Assembly (NCBI GenBank): GCA_965232515.1
Contig: CBDDPY010000002.1
Coordinates: 352,001-416,000 of the forward strand
Direction of reading: 5' to 3'
Source: Alphaproteobacteria bacterium
GTDB taxonomy: Bacteria; Pseudomonadota; Alphaproteobacteria; GCA-2731375
Length of the DNA stretch: 64,000 bases
In this document: one piece after another, positions 1 through 10,273 of the stretch
Layout: each line of letters opens with the position of its first letter
Numbering within the stretch: the first letter of the stretch is position 1
The notes under the pieces: generated by a model
What the model was told of the DNA's origin: nothing
Seen by the model: only the letters and a program-made list of their open reading frames with translations
Database searches by the model: none
Position numbers and translations under genes: made by a program

Positions 1-219
1 CAGCAGGGCCGGCGCGAAGGTGCTGCCAAGCCCGTCCGGGCCGTGACAGACATGGCACTCCGAGTGATAGCGGCGAAAGCCGCTGAAGGTGTACCAGTCG
101 ACGACGCCGTCCTCGATCACATAGGGCTTTTCGTCATCAGCCGCCGCCGCGCCGCCGCTGCAAAGGGCGACCGCGGCGGCGGCGAGGAGCAAGGTCGCTC
201 CCCGCCGTCGCCCCGTCAT
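1..219 (-). CDS. Periplasmic c-type cytochrome associated with methanol dehydrogenase (XoxG/cytochrome c553i-like), truncated by the window edge
   Basis: Not in the ORF track. Manual translation from ATG at 219 (GGAGG upstream): MTGRRRGATLLLAAAAVALCSGGAAAADDEKPYVIEDGVVDWYTFSGFRRYHSECHVCHGPDGLGSTFAPALL. Signal peptide, CHVCH haem motif, directly downstream of xoxF. Confidence 0.85.
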   Translation of the reverse strand, partial: MTGRRRGATLLLAAAAVALCSGGAAAADDEKPYVIEDGVVDWYTFSGFRRYHSECHVCHGPDGLGSTFAPALL

Positions 220-258
220 GACACATACCTCCGGCTTACAGGTTCTGCGAAGCGCCCA

Positions 259-2052
259 TCAGTCCGGCAGGCTGAACACGGTCAGCACGCCGCCGAGCTG
301 GGTGTAGTTGCTCAGCGCCTTGTAGGCGCCGACCGCGCCCAGACCGGCCGTGTCCTCGGTCAGCCCGGCCGCGAGGCCGATGCCGGCCCAGCCGCCGACA
401 CCCGACAGCACGGCGACATATTGCTTGCCGTTGTGCTCGTAGGTGTTGACGTTGCCGATGATCCCGGACGGGGTCTTGAACTTGAACAGCTCCTCGCCGG
501 TCTTGGCGTCGACCGCTTTCAGAAAACCTTCCAGCGTGCCGTAAAACACGACGTCGCCGGCTGTCGCCAGCGCGCCGCTCCAGACCGAGAACGGCTCTTC
601 GTTCGACCAGACGATCTCGCCCTTGTTGGCATCCCAGGCGATAAAGTTGCCGAGATGCGTGCCGCCCGGCGCCGGATACATGCTCAGCGTCGCGCCGACA
701 TAGGGTTGACCGGCCGTGTACGACACCCGGAACGGCTCGTAGTCCATGCAGACATGGTTCGTCGGCACGTAGAACAGACCGGTGCGCGGCGAATAGGCCG
801 CCGGCTGCTGGTCCTTGGTGCCGAGCGCCGCCGGGCAGATGCCCTTGGTGTTGACGTCTTCGCCGCCCTGGGCGGTCGAGTATTTCGCCACGACCTGCGG
901 CCGTCCGGTCTCCATGTCCACATGCGTCGCCCAGTTCACCGCCGGATCGAACTTCTCGGCCACCAGCAGTTCGCCGGTTTCCCGGTCCATGGTGTAGCCG
1001 AAGCCGTTGCGGTCGAAGTGCACGAGCGCCTTGCGAGTTTCGCCCTTGACCTCCATGTCGACCAGGATCATCTCGTTGACGCCGTCGTAGTCCCACTCGT
1101 CGTGCGGCGTCATCTGATAGACCCACTTGGCCATGCCGGTGTCCGGGTCGCGGGCGAAGATGGTCATCGACCAGGCGTTGTCGCCGGGCCGCTGCGCCGG
1201 GTTCCAGGTGCTCGGGTTGCCGGTGCCGTAATAAATCAGGTTCAGATCCGGATCGTAGGCATACCAGCCCCACGTGGTGCCGCCGCCGATCTGCCACTGA
1301 TCGCCTTCCCAGGTTGCGGTGCCGGAATCCTTGCCCACCGGCTCGCCCAGATGCGTGGTCTTCTCGGGATCCATCAGGGTGTCGGAATCCGGCCCCATGG
1401 AATAGGCCCGCCAGACCTGCTCGCCCGTGTTCAGGTCATAGGCAGTCATGCTGCCGCGTACGCCGAACTCGCCGCCGCTGATGCCGATAAAGACCTTGTC
1501 CTTGACGATCATCGGCGCGCTGGTGCCGGTCTCGCCCTTCTTCGGATCGCCGTTCACGGCCTTCCACAGCACCTTGCCGGTCTTGGCGTCCAGCGCCACC
1601 ACCGTGGTGTCGGCCTGATGCAGGATGATCTTGTCCTCGGCATAGGCGACGCCGCGGTTCACGGTATCGCAGCACATCACCGGAATGGTGTCGGGATCCT
1701 GCTTCGGCTCGTACTTCCAGATCACGCGGCCGTTGTCGTTCAGGTCCAGCGCGAACACCGGATTGGGAAACGGCCCATGGATGTACATCGTGTCGCCCAT
1801 GACCAGCGGGCCGCCCTCATGCCCGCGCAGCACGCCGGTCGAGAAGGTCCAGGAGACCTGCAGGTCGCCGACATTGTCGCGATTGATCTGATCCAGCTTG
1901 CTGAACCGTGTATTGGCGTAGTCGCCGGTCGGCATGATCCAGTTCGCTGGATCCTCCTGCAGCGACAGCAACTCCTTGTTGGCCGACGCCGATGCCGGCA
2001 GCAGCAGGGCCGCCGCCGCGACGGGGAATAGGTTTCGGAATAAGGCACGCAT
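259..2052 (-). CDS. xoxF: Lanthanide-dependent PQQ methanol dehydrogenase XoxF
   Basis: Signal peptide, vicinal CC ([10 protein letters not shown]), PQQ propeller, active-site [11 protein letters not shown] with the extra Asp characteristic of Ln-binding enzymes (MxaF has DYAG). Confidence 0.93.
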   Translation of the reverse strand: MRALFRNLFPVAAAALLLPASASANKELLSLQEDPANWIMPTGDYANTRFSKLDQINRDNVGDLQVSWTFSTGVLRGHEGGPLVMGDTMYIHGPFPNPVFALDLNDNGRVIWKYEPKQDPDTIPVMCCDTVNRGVAYAEDKIILHQADTTVVALDAKTGKVLWKAVNGDPKKGETGTSAPMIVKDKVFIGISGGEFGVRGSMTAYDLNTGEQVWRAYSMGPDSDTLMDPEKTTHLGEPVGKDSGTATWEGDQWQIGGGTTWGWYAYDPDLNLIYYGTGNPSTWNPAQRPGDNAWSMTIFARDPDTGMAKWVYQMTPHDEWDYDGVNEMILVDMEVKGETRKALVHFDRNGFGYTMDRETGELLVAEKFDPAVNWATHVDMETGRPQVVAKYSTAQGGEDVNTKGICPAALGTKDQQPAAYSPRTGLFYVPTNHVCMDYEPFRVSYTAGQPYVGATLSMYPAPGGTHLGNFIAWDANKGEIVWSNEEPFSVWSGALATAGDVVFYGTLEGFLKAVDAKTGEELFKFKTPSGIIGNVNTYEHNGKQYVAVLSGVGGWAGIGLAAGLTEDTAGLGAVGAYKALSNYTQLGGVLTVFSLPD

Positions 2053-2463
2053 CGCTTTCCTCCCGCGTTATGGTTATGCGCCGCACGCGGACAGGGGTCA
2101 GCCCGTGGCCCCCCGGTCACCGCACGACGCGTCGCTACAAAAACGATGGCTACGAGCAAACATGCCGCTGCACGGCGTTTTAACGCCTCCGCGGCTTAGC
2201 CCTCTTCCAGACCGGATCAGAACCGGCCCGCCCTCGACTATCCGCCTGACCGACCGCTTTCGGGCTGACTTGCTCGTTATCGTCACGCCGGTCGGCTGGA
2301 CGCGACCAAAATCGCCGCGTCCCGGCAGACATGCCATAGGAAAACTCTAGGCCGCGCTGCGGGGGCCGACAAGTCACATTTCGCCGGTGGCGCTTGACAG
2401 CGGCGCGGCATCGCGCGTTGATGGTGGCGACGGGCGCAATCTGGACAACGGAGGTTGTCTGCC

Positions 2464-3255
2464 ATGATAGCGCGTCTAGTCGTTCCTCTGTTTGCGATAT
2501 CGATTGGCATCGGTGCGGCCACGGCCGCCGACCTGACTGTGGCGGAACTCCGGTCGTTGTTGGCGGACGCCGACCGCGCCGCGCCGATCGATCTGACGTC
2601 GAGGGACCTGTCCGGCCTCGGTTTGTCGGGTCTCGACTTCAAGGCGGCCAATCTGACGGGCGCCGATCTCAGCGGCGCCGATCTGACGGCGGCGGATCTC
2701 AGAGGCGCCGTGCTCAAGGGCGCGACGCTTAGCGATGCGCGGCTGACGCGGGCCAATCTCGATCTGGCGATCCTGCGCGACGCCGATCTGCGCCGCGCCG
2801 ACTTGAGTTTCGTCAGCGCCTTCTCGACTGTCTTCGCCGGCGCGGATCTGCGGGCGGCCGATCTTGCCGGCGCGCGTCTGGTCGGCAATTTCGAGCGGGC
2901 CGATCTGTCGGAGGCAAAGCTGGTGGGCGCCATGATGGCGGCCGATATGCGCAATCAGCCGATGGGCCTGATGCGGGTATCGCTGCGCAAGGCGCGTCTG
3001 GTCGGGGCCGATTTGTCAGGCGCCGATCTGTCCCGCGGCATGCTGGAGTTCGCCGACTTCACCGGCGCCAGGCTCAGGCGGACCAAGCTGATGCGCGTCG
3101 ACGCCGCCGCCGCCAGCTTCGTCGACGCCGACCTGACCGGTGCGGATTTCGAATTGGCGGACGTACAGGACGCGCGCTTCGCCGGCGCCATCGGCACCGA
3201 GAAAATGCGCGGGTTCGAGACGGCGAAGAACCGCGAGACGGCCAGCTTCGACTAG
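2464..3255 (+). CDS. Secreted pentapeptide-repeat protein
   Basis: A(D/N)LxG pentapeptide repeats, signal peptide, GGAGG at 2451-2455 before ATG 2464; such genes occur in PQQ-ADH clusters. Confidence 0.85.
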   Translation: MIARLVVPLFAISIGIGAATAADLTVAELRSLLADADRAAPIDLTSRDLSGLGLSGLDFKAANLTGADLSGADLTAADLRGAVLKGATLSDARLTRANLDLAILRDADLRRADLSFVSAFSTVFAGADLRAADLAGARLVGNFERADLSEAKLVGAMMAADMRNQPMGLMRVSLRKARLVGADLSGADLSRGMLEFADFTGARLRRTKLMRVDAAAASFVDADLTGADFELADVQDARFAGAIGTEKMRGFETAKNRETASFD

Positions 3256-3587
3256 AAGCAGCGTTTCGAGGACTCGGCCTGGGCCCGCGTCAGGTCGTCG
3301 ATGACAACCTGCACATGCGGCGGGTCCCGGAAGATCGCCGTCTTCTCGCCGCCGACGCGCCGCATGCGCAGTGTCGTCTCGGCCTGCAGATACCGCTCGT
3401 AGGACACCCTTGCCGCGATTACGTCGATGCTGCAGGAACAGCGGCGCAGCATGTCCTGCGTCTGGCCGTTGCGCGCCATGCACTGGATGACATAGTCGGC
3501 GCGCGCTTCCGTCGGATAATCGTTGGCGGCGGTGCCGCCGGCCGGCAGTGCACAAAACGCGAGAACGGCTAGCCATGGCTTGCGCAT
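3252..3587 (-). CDS. Small secreted Cys-containing hypothetical protein of PQQ dehydrogenase neighbourhoods
   Basis: Signal peptide; DYPTEARADYVIQCM...RRCSCSID...KRCF; GGAGG RBS; GC3-rich codons. Confidence 0.7.
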   Translation of the reverse strand: MRKPWLAVLAFCALPAGGTAANDYPTEARADYVIQCMARNGQTQDMLRRCSCSIDVIAARVSYERYLQAETTLRMRRVGGEKTAIFRDPPHVQVVIDDLTRAQAESSKRCF

Positions 3588-3649
3588 GACATCCCTCCGT
3601 TCCCCCCAACTCGGACACAGTGTAGCACACCCCGACGTGCCAGATTTTC

Positions 3650-4324
3650 TTATCGGGGATCGGTATCCGTCGACGCCTTGAACCGGTCGGCATCGCTCAG
3701 TTGGGAAACCAGCGTCTCCTGAAGAATTTTCCGCTTCAGCGCGGCGTGGAAGTCCGCGACATCGTCAATCTCGATGACAAAGCCATTGACGACCTTCTGC
3801 TTGTAGTAGCGTTTCAGGTCGTATTGCGTTCGCCCGCTAATGACCAGGCCGTTGATCTCGATGCCCGATGCCGTCGCCGCCGCGCGTCGTCGTTCAAGAA
3901 GCACCGAGTCGCGGTTTTCCTGCCCGTCGCCCGAGACATCGATGACACGCCGACCCTGTTTTTCGTCCAGCAGCGCCAGCGCCGCGCCCAGGCCGTGGCC
4001 GATGCCGGTGCCGCCGCGCGTGCCGGGCGCGGTCATAGCGGCCGCATACCGCGCCGCGGCGTCCGGCGCGGTCGTCCATGGCACGATGATCGTCGCCGTG
4101 CTGTCGAATTCGACGATGGCGACAGCCGTGTCTTTCAGCGCACGCACGATCTTGCCGTCGTTCAAAACGTCGACATAGGCCTGTCGCTGCAGATGCAATT
4201 CGTCCGCGTCGATCGAATTCGAACGATCGACGACCAGCACCAGCCAGTCGACCGCCTGAACCGGCGCCGGCAGGGATACAAGCGCGAGCGCGCCGCAAAG
4301 CATGAGCACGAAGCGGCTCGACAT
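3650..4324 (-). CDS. Secreted vWA-domain protein (DUF1194-like)
   Basis: MIDAS-like LVVDRSNSID, T-x-IG, IDVSGDGxEN and INGL motifs; start uncertain (4324 or 4336). Confidence 0.8.
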   Translation of the reverse strand: MSSRFVLMLCGALALVSLPAPVQAVDWLVLVVDRSNSIDADELHLQRQAYVDVLNDGKIVRALKDTAVAIVEFDSTATIIVPWTTAPDAAARYAAAMTAPGTRGGTGIGHGLGAALALLDEKQGRRVIDVSGDGQENRDSVLLERRRAAATASGIEINGLVISGRTQYDLKRYYKQKVVNGFVIEIDDVADFHAALKRKILQETLVSQLSDADRFKASTDTDPR

Positions 4325-4430
4325 GAGGACGCGCATCCGACGGAGGCGCCTGCCGAAGCCGGCCTGATTGATGGTGCCGACAGTCATTTGACCAAAGACA
4401 CAAGACCGCATGATCGATAGACCGTCCAGG

Positions 4431-4462
4431 AAAAGGGCGGGGACCTTTACCGGTCCCCGCCC
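4431..4462 (-). terminator. Rho-independent terminator after the quinohaemoprotein ADH gene
   Basis: 11-bp stem GGGCGGGGACC/GGTCCCCGCCC followed by TTTT on the minus strand. Confidence 0.75.
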
Positions 4463-4487
4463 GAAGCGTCTTGCGCCTTCGGCGCCC

Positions 4488-6599
4488 TTATTGCGGCTGG
4501 CGGACCGCGTCGGCGGTCGCCTGGATGAAGGCGCGGATCTGTATCACCTCATCCGACGTCAGTCTGCCGTCGAAGTTGGGCATACCGCCGTCGACCCAGG
4601 CGCCCGACAGGACAAGGTCGGGCAGGCTGCGCAGCGTGTCGGCGGTGGTGAAGCCCAGATTCGGCACATTGCCGCCGTTGTTGACGCCGGGAACGCCGTG
4701 GCACTGGGCGCAGCTCGAGACGTAGAGGCCGGTGCCCGGCGCAACGTGATCAGGGTTGAACTCGACGCCCGCGACCAGCTCGCCCTTCGGCGCGATCACG
4801 TCCTCCGGCATCGTCGCGTCGCCGCCGACCACGAAGGTGTAGATGCGGCCGGGACCGACACGGTCTGTCGCCCGCTGGGCGATGCCATAGACGCCGCCCC
4901 AGCCGACGGCAATCGACACATACTGCTTGCCGTCGACCTCGTAGGTCGAGGGGCCGGCCACGACGCCGGAGCCGACCGGCACCTGCCATAGCGCGACACC
5001 GGTCGTCGCGTCATAGGCCACGAAACGGCCGTCGGCGGTACCCTGGAACACCAGATTGCCGGCTGTCGCCAGCGTGCCGCCGTTCCACGGCGACAGGTAT
5101 TCCTGCCGCCAGACCTCGCGTTGGGCGACCGGATCCCAGGCGATCAGCGAGCCGAAAGGCTTCGCCTCGGGCGCCACCGCGTTAAGCGCGAAACCCAGGT
5201 TCCAGCCGGAATTGCTACCGAACTTCAACGGCTGATGCCGGCCCTGTTCGAAGTCCTTCTCCGGCGTGTGTGTCAGCGGAATGCCCTGCGCCGGGATATA
5301 GACCAGCCCGGTCTGCGGGCTGTATGACATCGGGTGCCAGTTGTGCGCACCATAGGCGCTGGGGATGGTTTCCCAGGTCTTGTCCTTGTCGCGCGCTTCC
5401 GGCACTTCGATGGGACGGCCGTTCGCGTCGAAGCCCTCGGCCCAATTCACCTCGACGAAGTTCTCGGCCGAGATGAATTCGCCGTCGGTCCGGTCGACGA
5501 CGAAGAAGAAGCCGTTCTTCGGCGCGTGCATGATGACCTTGCGTTCCCGGCCGTCGATCATCAGATCCGCCAGCATCAGCGGCTGCGTCGAGGTGTAGTC
5601 CCAGTGATCGCCCGGCGTTTCCTGATAGTGCCAGACATATTCGCCGGTATCGGGATTGAGCGCGACGATCGAGGCGAGATACAGATTGTCGCCGCCGCCA
5701 GGGCTTCTGATATCGCGGTTCCAGGGATTGCCGTTGCCCGTGCCGACATACATCAGGTTCAGCTCGGGATCGAACACCATGCTGTCCCACATGGTGCCGC
5801 CGCCACCGGCTTCCCAATACTTGCCGGACGGATCCCAGGTCAGCGCGGCGCGCGCCATGGACTCGTCCTCGAACGGCTTCGACGGGTCGCCCGGCACGGC
5901 GAACCAGCGCCAGGCCTGATTGCCGGTCGCGGCGTCATAGGCGGTGATATAACCGCGCACGCCGTACTCGGCGCCGCCGTTGCCGATAATGACCTTGCCG
6001 TTGAAGACACGCGGCGCGCCGGTGATCGTGTAGGCCTTCGAGCGGTCGATGATGGTGTCGACTTCCCATACCGGTGTGCCGGACACGGCGTCGAGCGCGA
6101 CCAGACGGCCGTCATAGGTGCCGACGAAAATCTTGCCTTCGTAGAGCGCGACGCCGCGGTTGACGATGTCGCAGCAGCCTTTCTCGGCATAGTCCCGTGG
6201 GACCTGCGGATCGTAGGTCCAGATCTCCTCGCCGGCGCGCACGTCGATCGCGTGCACGATGCTCCACGACGAGGTCACGTACATGATGCCGTCGACCACC
6301 AGCGGCGTCGCCTCGACACCACGCCGGGAGTTCAAATCGTAGTGCCAGGCCAGGCCCAGGTCGCGGACGGTTGCGGTGTTGATTTCGGTGAGCTTGCTGA
6401 ACCGGGTCTCGGCATAGTCGAGCCCGTAGTTGAGCCAATCCTTGGTGTCGGCGGCGTTGGCTATGATCGCCGCTTTGTTCACCGCGCCGGTGGCAGCCTT
6501 GATCTTGTCGGCCGACACGGTTTGTGAAACCGCGGATGATGACGCCAGCATCACAGCCGTCGCCAAAACCGCGGCCGCGCAACTCTTACTTGAATGCAT
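4488..6599 (-). CDS. Type II quinohaemoprotein alcohol dehydrogenase (PQQ + C-terminal cytochrome c)
   Basis: GCCDIVNRG, PGDHWDYTSTQ (no Ln-type Asp), C-terminal CAQCH haem motif; GGGAGG RBS before ATG 6599. Confidence 0.92.
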   Translation of the reverse strand: MHSSKSCAAAVLATAVMLASSSAVSQTVSADKIKAATGAVNKAAIIANAADTKDWLNYGLDYAETRFSKLTEINTATVRDLGLAWHYDLNSRRGVEATPLVVDGIMYVTSSWSIVHAIDVRAGEEIWTYDPQVPRDYAEKGCCDIVNRGVALYEGKIFVGTYDGRLVALDAVSGTPVWEVDTIIDRSKAYTITGAPRVFNGKVIIGNGGAEYGVRGYITAYDAATGNQAWRWFAVPGDPSKPFEDESMARAALTWDPSGKYWEAGGGGTMWDSMVFDPELNLMYVGTGNGNPWNRDIRSPGGGDNLYLASIVALNPDTGEYVWHYQETPGDHWDYTSTQPLMLADLMIDGRERKVIMHAPKNGFFFVVDRTDGEFISAENFVEVNWAEGFDANGRPIEVPEARDKDKTWETIPSAYGAHNWHPMSYSPQTGLVYIPAQGIPLTHTPEKDFEQGRHQPLKFGSNSGWNLGFALNAVAPEAKPFGSLIAWDPVAQREVWRQEYLSPWNGGTLATAGNLVFQGTADGRFVAYDATTGVALWQVPVGSGVVAGPSTYEVDGKQYVSIAVGWGGVYGIAQRATDRVGPGRIYTFVVGGDATMPEDVIAPKGELVAGVEFNPDHVAPGTGLYVSSCAQCHGVPGVNNGGNVPNLGFTTADTLRSLPDLVLSGAWVDGGMPNFDGRLTSDEVIQIRAFIQATADAVRQPQ

Positions 6600-6823
6600 G
6601 AATTCTGACCCTCCCGTTGTCGTGTCTTGTATTAGGTATTTCTTTTGCAAGACCTGGGAGTATTTCAGCATCGCGCCGAGCGCAGGTCAACGCATGGTGG
6701 TTTCGCTTCGCCAGTATCGGCCTGCCAACCGGATGCACGCTGAGAGACGTTCACGCAGTCGTCTGAACTCTAGGGAGCCGATCGTCACTACGCACAAAGC
6801 TGGAAATCGGGTTCAGACGATCG

Positions 6824-7918
6824 TTAGGCCGTAGCTGGCCCATCTGACTGACGCGCGACCAGCTTGGGCGTCAGCATGTGCTGTTTGGGCGCTGCCGCGC
6901 GGCCGTCGACCTGTGGCAGGATCAGGTCGGCAAGCAGCCGGCCGATCTCGGCCACCGGCATGGCGAAGGTGGTCAGCGGCGGCGTCAGGTGCGCGGCGCC
7001 CGGAATATCCTGGCTGCCGATTACCGCGACGTCGCGGCCCGGCGTCAGGCCGGCCTCCGCCAGCGCCCGATAGACGCCGAACGCCATCATGTCGGCGACG
7101 CAGACGATGGCCGTCGGCCGTCTGTCGCCGGCGGCCAGCAGATCGCGGGCGGCGGCATATCCCTCGGCCTCGGTCGGTTCCACCGTTCGCATCAGGCCCG
7201 GATCCGGTCGTAGGCCGGCCTGCGCCAGACCAGCCTCGAAACCGGCCCGGCAACTGGCGGCGTACATCATGTTCTCGGGCGCGTTCAGCAGGGCAATCCG
7301 CCGATGGCCGCCCGCCGTCAGCCGCTCTGCGGCGATGCGGCCGATCTCGCTGTGGTCGACATCGACCCAATTGTAGGGCCTGGATGTCTCACTGCGTCCG
7401 ATGGTGGCAAACGGCAGGCCCGTTTCCATGAGAAAATCCACGCGTTCGTCCGCGATCCGCGTACGGCCCAGCACCAGCGCGTCGACATGGTTCTCGGCCA
7501 CCAGTTCGCGGATCGTGTCGAGCTCGCTCTCGCGGCTTTCGGCCGCCGTCACCAGCAGCAGTTTGCCGGCCCGGCGCAGTTCCGTGTTCAGGCTGCCGAG
7601 CACGCCCAGAAAGAACGGCGTCGCGTAATCCATCTGCGGCGGCGACAGCAGAAAGCCGATTGTGTCGTTGGTCTGCCGGCGCAACCGCCGGCCGGCGCTG
7701 TTCAGCTTGAAGCCGCTGGCCCTGGCCGCGCTCAGCACCCGTTCGCGGGTCTCGGCGTTGACGTTCGGATGGTCGTTCAGCGCCCGCGACACGGTCGAGA
7801 TCGACAGGCCCAGCCGCTGGGCGAAATCGCGGATGTTGGACGGGCGGTCGCGGTCGTCGCCAGAGGTCGGCTCTGCCGCGGTGGTTTCACCATTCGTTGT
7901 CCCGTCGTAATCGGTCAT
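6824..7918 (-). CDS. LacI-family transcriptional regulator
   Basis: HTH NIRDFAQRLGLSISTVSRALN, sugar-binding domain, PPLTT motif; start moved to the ATG at 7918. Confidence 0.92.
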   Translation of the reverse strand: MTDYDGTTNGETTAAEPTSGDDRDRPSNIRDFAQRLGLSISTVSRALNDHPNVNAETRERVLSAARASGFKLNSAGRRLRRQTNDTIGFLLSPPQMDYATPFFLGVLGSLNTELRRAGKLLLVTAAESRESELDTIRELVAENHVDALVLGRTRIADERVDFLMETGLPFATIGRSETSRPYNWVDVDHSEIGRIAAERLTAGGHRRIALLNAPENMMYAASCRAGFEAGLAQAGLRPDPGLMRTVEPTEAEGYAAARDLLAAGDRRPTAIVCVADMMAFGVYRALAEAGLTPGRDVAVIGSQDIPGAAHLTPPLTTFAMPVAEIGRLLADLILPQVDGRAAAPKQHMLTPKLVARQSDGPATA

Positions 7919-7984
7919 TCGCAGTGCTGTCGCGTTTCCCTCTAGCGTCTCAACGAGAGCGACATTGCCACAGGAATCGTGTTT

Positions 7985-8021
7985 TGCAAACGTTTGCATT
8001 GACGTTGAAAACGTTTTCAAC
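7985..8021. promoter_or_regulatory. Two LacI-type palindromic operators flanking a putative -35 (TTGACG)
   Basis: TGCAAACGTTTGCA (7985-7998) and perfect 18-bp GTTGAAAACGTTTTCAAC (8004-8021), both with the central CG typical of LacI operators, between the divergent lacI-like and SBP genes. Confidence 0.8.
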
Positions 8022-8077
8022 AATCATTTGGAAGATCAAAACAGGCCGCTGGCGGCGGCCGTCAAGGGAGGGGTGTC

Positions 8078-9307
8078 ATGAAATTCAGGACCAGTATCGC
8101 CACGTTGGCCGGGCTGACGCTCGGTGCCGGCGTCGCGCTGGCCGAGACCACCAAGGTCGACGTCTGGCACGTGTTCAATATCGAAACCGACATGATCCAT
8201 GCCGGCATCGCGGCCTTCAACGCCGCCCATGCCGATATCGAGGTGGCGCCGCGCGTGCTGCCGTTCGCACAGCTCCGGGCCGAGCTGGTCAAGGCGGTCG
8301 CCACCGGCGACGTGCCCGACGTCGTGGTCATGGACAATCCCGTCACCGCCAGCTTCGCGCACCAGGGCGCGCTCGAGGACATCACCGACCTCGTCGCCGC
8401 CTCCCAGGTCATCGACGACAAGGCCTATTTCGCCGGCCCCTGGGCGTCGGTCACCTGGGACGGCCGCATCTACGGCGTGCCACGGGCCAGCAACACCATC
8501 GCGCTCTACTACAACGCCGACATGTTCAAGGCGAAGGGCCTCGATCCCGACCGGCCGCCCCGGACCTGGTCGGCGCTGATGGACACGGCCGCCAAGCTCA
8601 CCGACAAGGCGAACGGCGTCTACGGCATCGCCTTTTCCGCCGTGCAGTCCGAGGAGGCGACCTTTCAGTGGCTGCCCTGGCTCTATCAGGCCGGCGGCGC
8701 GCTCGACCGGCTCGACGGGCCCGAGGCGGCCGAAGCGCTCGGCTATTGGGTCAGCCTCGTGAAGCAGGGCTATGCCTCGCGCGACGTCGTCAACATGCGC
8801 CAGTACGAGGGCACCAACACCATGATCGCCGGCAACGCCGCCATGGCGATCAGCGGGCCGTGGGAGCTGCCGCGCATCGACAAGGAAGCCAAGTTCGATT
8901 GGCGCGTCGCCACGCTACCGCTTCACGACGACCGCCAGACCGGCGCGTCGGCGCTGGGCGGCTTTAACTGGGCCATCCCCAAGGGCGCCCAGGACAGGGA
9001 CGCGGCCTTCAAGTTCATCGAGTTCATGTCCAGCCAGCCGGTGCTGGAGAACGCCTGGAACACCGGCCGGCTGCCCAGTCGCGACGGCATCGCCATCAAG
9101 GACCCGAACTGGCCGGCCGCGCTCGCCGTGTTTCAGGAGCAGATGAAGTCCGCCCGGGCGCGCGGGCCGCATCCGGAATGGCCGGAGATTTCGAAGGCGC
9201 TGCAGGTCGCGATCCAAGAGGCGCTGGTCGGCGCCAAGACGCCGGAAGCAGCGCTCAGCGACGCCGCGGTCAAGGTCAAGCCGATCCTGGCCCGCATTCC
9301 GCTTTAG
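8078..9307 (+). CDS. Carbohydrate ABC transporter substrate-binding protein
   Basis: Signal peptide; GDVPDV, GRIYGVP, ALYYNADMF, GNAAMAISGPW motifs. Confidence 0.92.
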   Translation: MKFRTSIATLAGLTLGAGVALAETTKVDVWHVFNIETDMIHAGIAAFNAAHADIEVAPRVLPFAQLRAELVKAVATGDVPDVVVMDNPVTASFAHQGALEDITDLVAASQVIDDKAYFAGPWASVTWDGRIYGVPRASNTIALYYNADMFKAKGLDPDRPPRTWSALMDTAAKLTDKANGVYGIAFSAVQSEEATFQWLPWLYQAGGALDRLDGPEAAEALGYWVSLVKQGYASRDVVNMRQYEGTNTMIAGNAAMAISGPWELPRIDKEAKFDWRVATLPLHDDRQTGASALGGFNWAIPKGAQDRDAAFKFIEFMSSQPVLENAWNTGRLPSRDGIAIKDPNWPAALAVFQEQMKSARARGPHPEWPEISKALQVAIQEALVGAKTPEAALSDAAVKVKPILARIPL

Positions 9308-9329
9308 TATTGGAAGCATTGGGCCAGAA

Positions 9330-9363
9330 GAAGGACGTGGCGCGGGTCGGCGCCACGTCCTTC
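9330..9363 (+). other. Intercistronic stem-loop after the SBP gene (probable mRNA stabiliser)
   Basis: Perfect 14-bp stem GAAGGACGTGGCGC/GCGCCACGTCCTTC with no U-tract. Confidence 0.6.
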
Positions 9364-9388
9364 GCCAACCTCAGTTAATGGCGTAGCC

Positions 9389-10273
9389 ATGCCGCACGGG
9401 CGACATCCGGTTCTCTGGCTGATGCTGGCGCTGCCGGTGGCCTATCTCATGTTCTTCGTCGGCTATCCGGTGCTCTACAACTTCGCGATGAGCTTCCAGC
9501 AGGTGACGCTGGGCAACATCGCGACGGTCTGGCGGCCGTTTGTCGGGCTCGAGAATTACCGTTACCTGTTCGCCGACCCCGTCTTCACGAAGGTGCTGAC
9601 CAACAGCGCGCTCTTCGTCGCCGGCAACGTCGTCATGCAGCTGATGCTCGGCCTGGCGCTGGCGCTGCTGTTCTCGCTCCGCTTTCCCGGCGCCGGCTAC
9701 TTCCGCGGCCTGGTGCTGGCCGGCTGGATGCTGCCGCCGCTGGTTATCGGCGCGCTCTGGAAGTGGATGTTCGCCACCGAGTTCGGCGTCGTGAACTATC
9801 TTCTCGCCGCCCTCGGCATCGCCGCCGAGCCGGTCTACTGGCTCGCCGATCCGGCGACCGCGCTCTTCGCCGTCACGGCCGCCAACATCTGGTTCGGCCT
9901 GCCGTTCAACATGATCCTGATCGCCGCCGGCCTGAACAACATTCCCGATGAGCTTTACGAGGCAGCCTCCCTCGACGGTGCCGGCCGCATCCGGCGCTTC
10001 TGGTTCGTGACGCTGCCACTCCTGCGCGCGACGCTTTTGGCCGTGGTCTGCCTCTCGACGATCTACACCATGCGCGCCTTCGACCTGATCTGGGCCATGA
10101 CCAAGGGCGGGCCGGTCGACAGCACCAATGTCTTTCCACTCTGGTCCTATCAGCTCTCGTTCGACTTCTTCCGCTTCGGGCCGGGCTCGGCCGTGGCCAC
10201 GCTCAGCTTCGTCGTCGTGTTCTGCGTCAGCCTGCTCTACATCCGCAGCCTCAAACGGGAGGAGAACGCGTGA
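9389..10273 (+). CDS. Carbohydrate ABC transporter permease
   Basis: FVGLENY, EAA loop (LYEAASLDGAG), six hydrophobic segments. Confidence 0.92.
   Translation: MPHGRHPVLWLMLALPVAYLMFFVGYPVLYNFAMSFQQVTLGNIATVWRPFVGLENYRYLFADPVFTKVLTNSALFVAGNVVMQLMLGLALALLFSLRFPGAGYFRGLVLAGWMLPPLVIGALWKWMFATEFGVVNYLLAALGIAAEPVYWLADPATALFAVTAANIWFGLPFNMILIAAGLNNIPDELYEAASLDGAGRIRRFWFVTLPLLRATLLAVVCLSTIYTMRAFDLIWAMTKGGPVDSTNVFPLWSYQLSFDFFRFGPGSAVATLSFVVVFCVSLLYIRSLKREENA

Noticed and set aside
43-2031. 662-aa plus-strand ORF, and other long antisense ORFs such as 57757-61578, 61618-63639, 51058-52971 and 36554-38464
   Set aside because: Shadow ORFs opposite well-supported genes; expected in high-GC DNA and without motifs.
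2580-3200. Repeated GCCGATCT-like 15-nt periodicity
   Set aside because: Explained by pentapeptide-repeat coding, not a separate DNA element.
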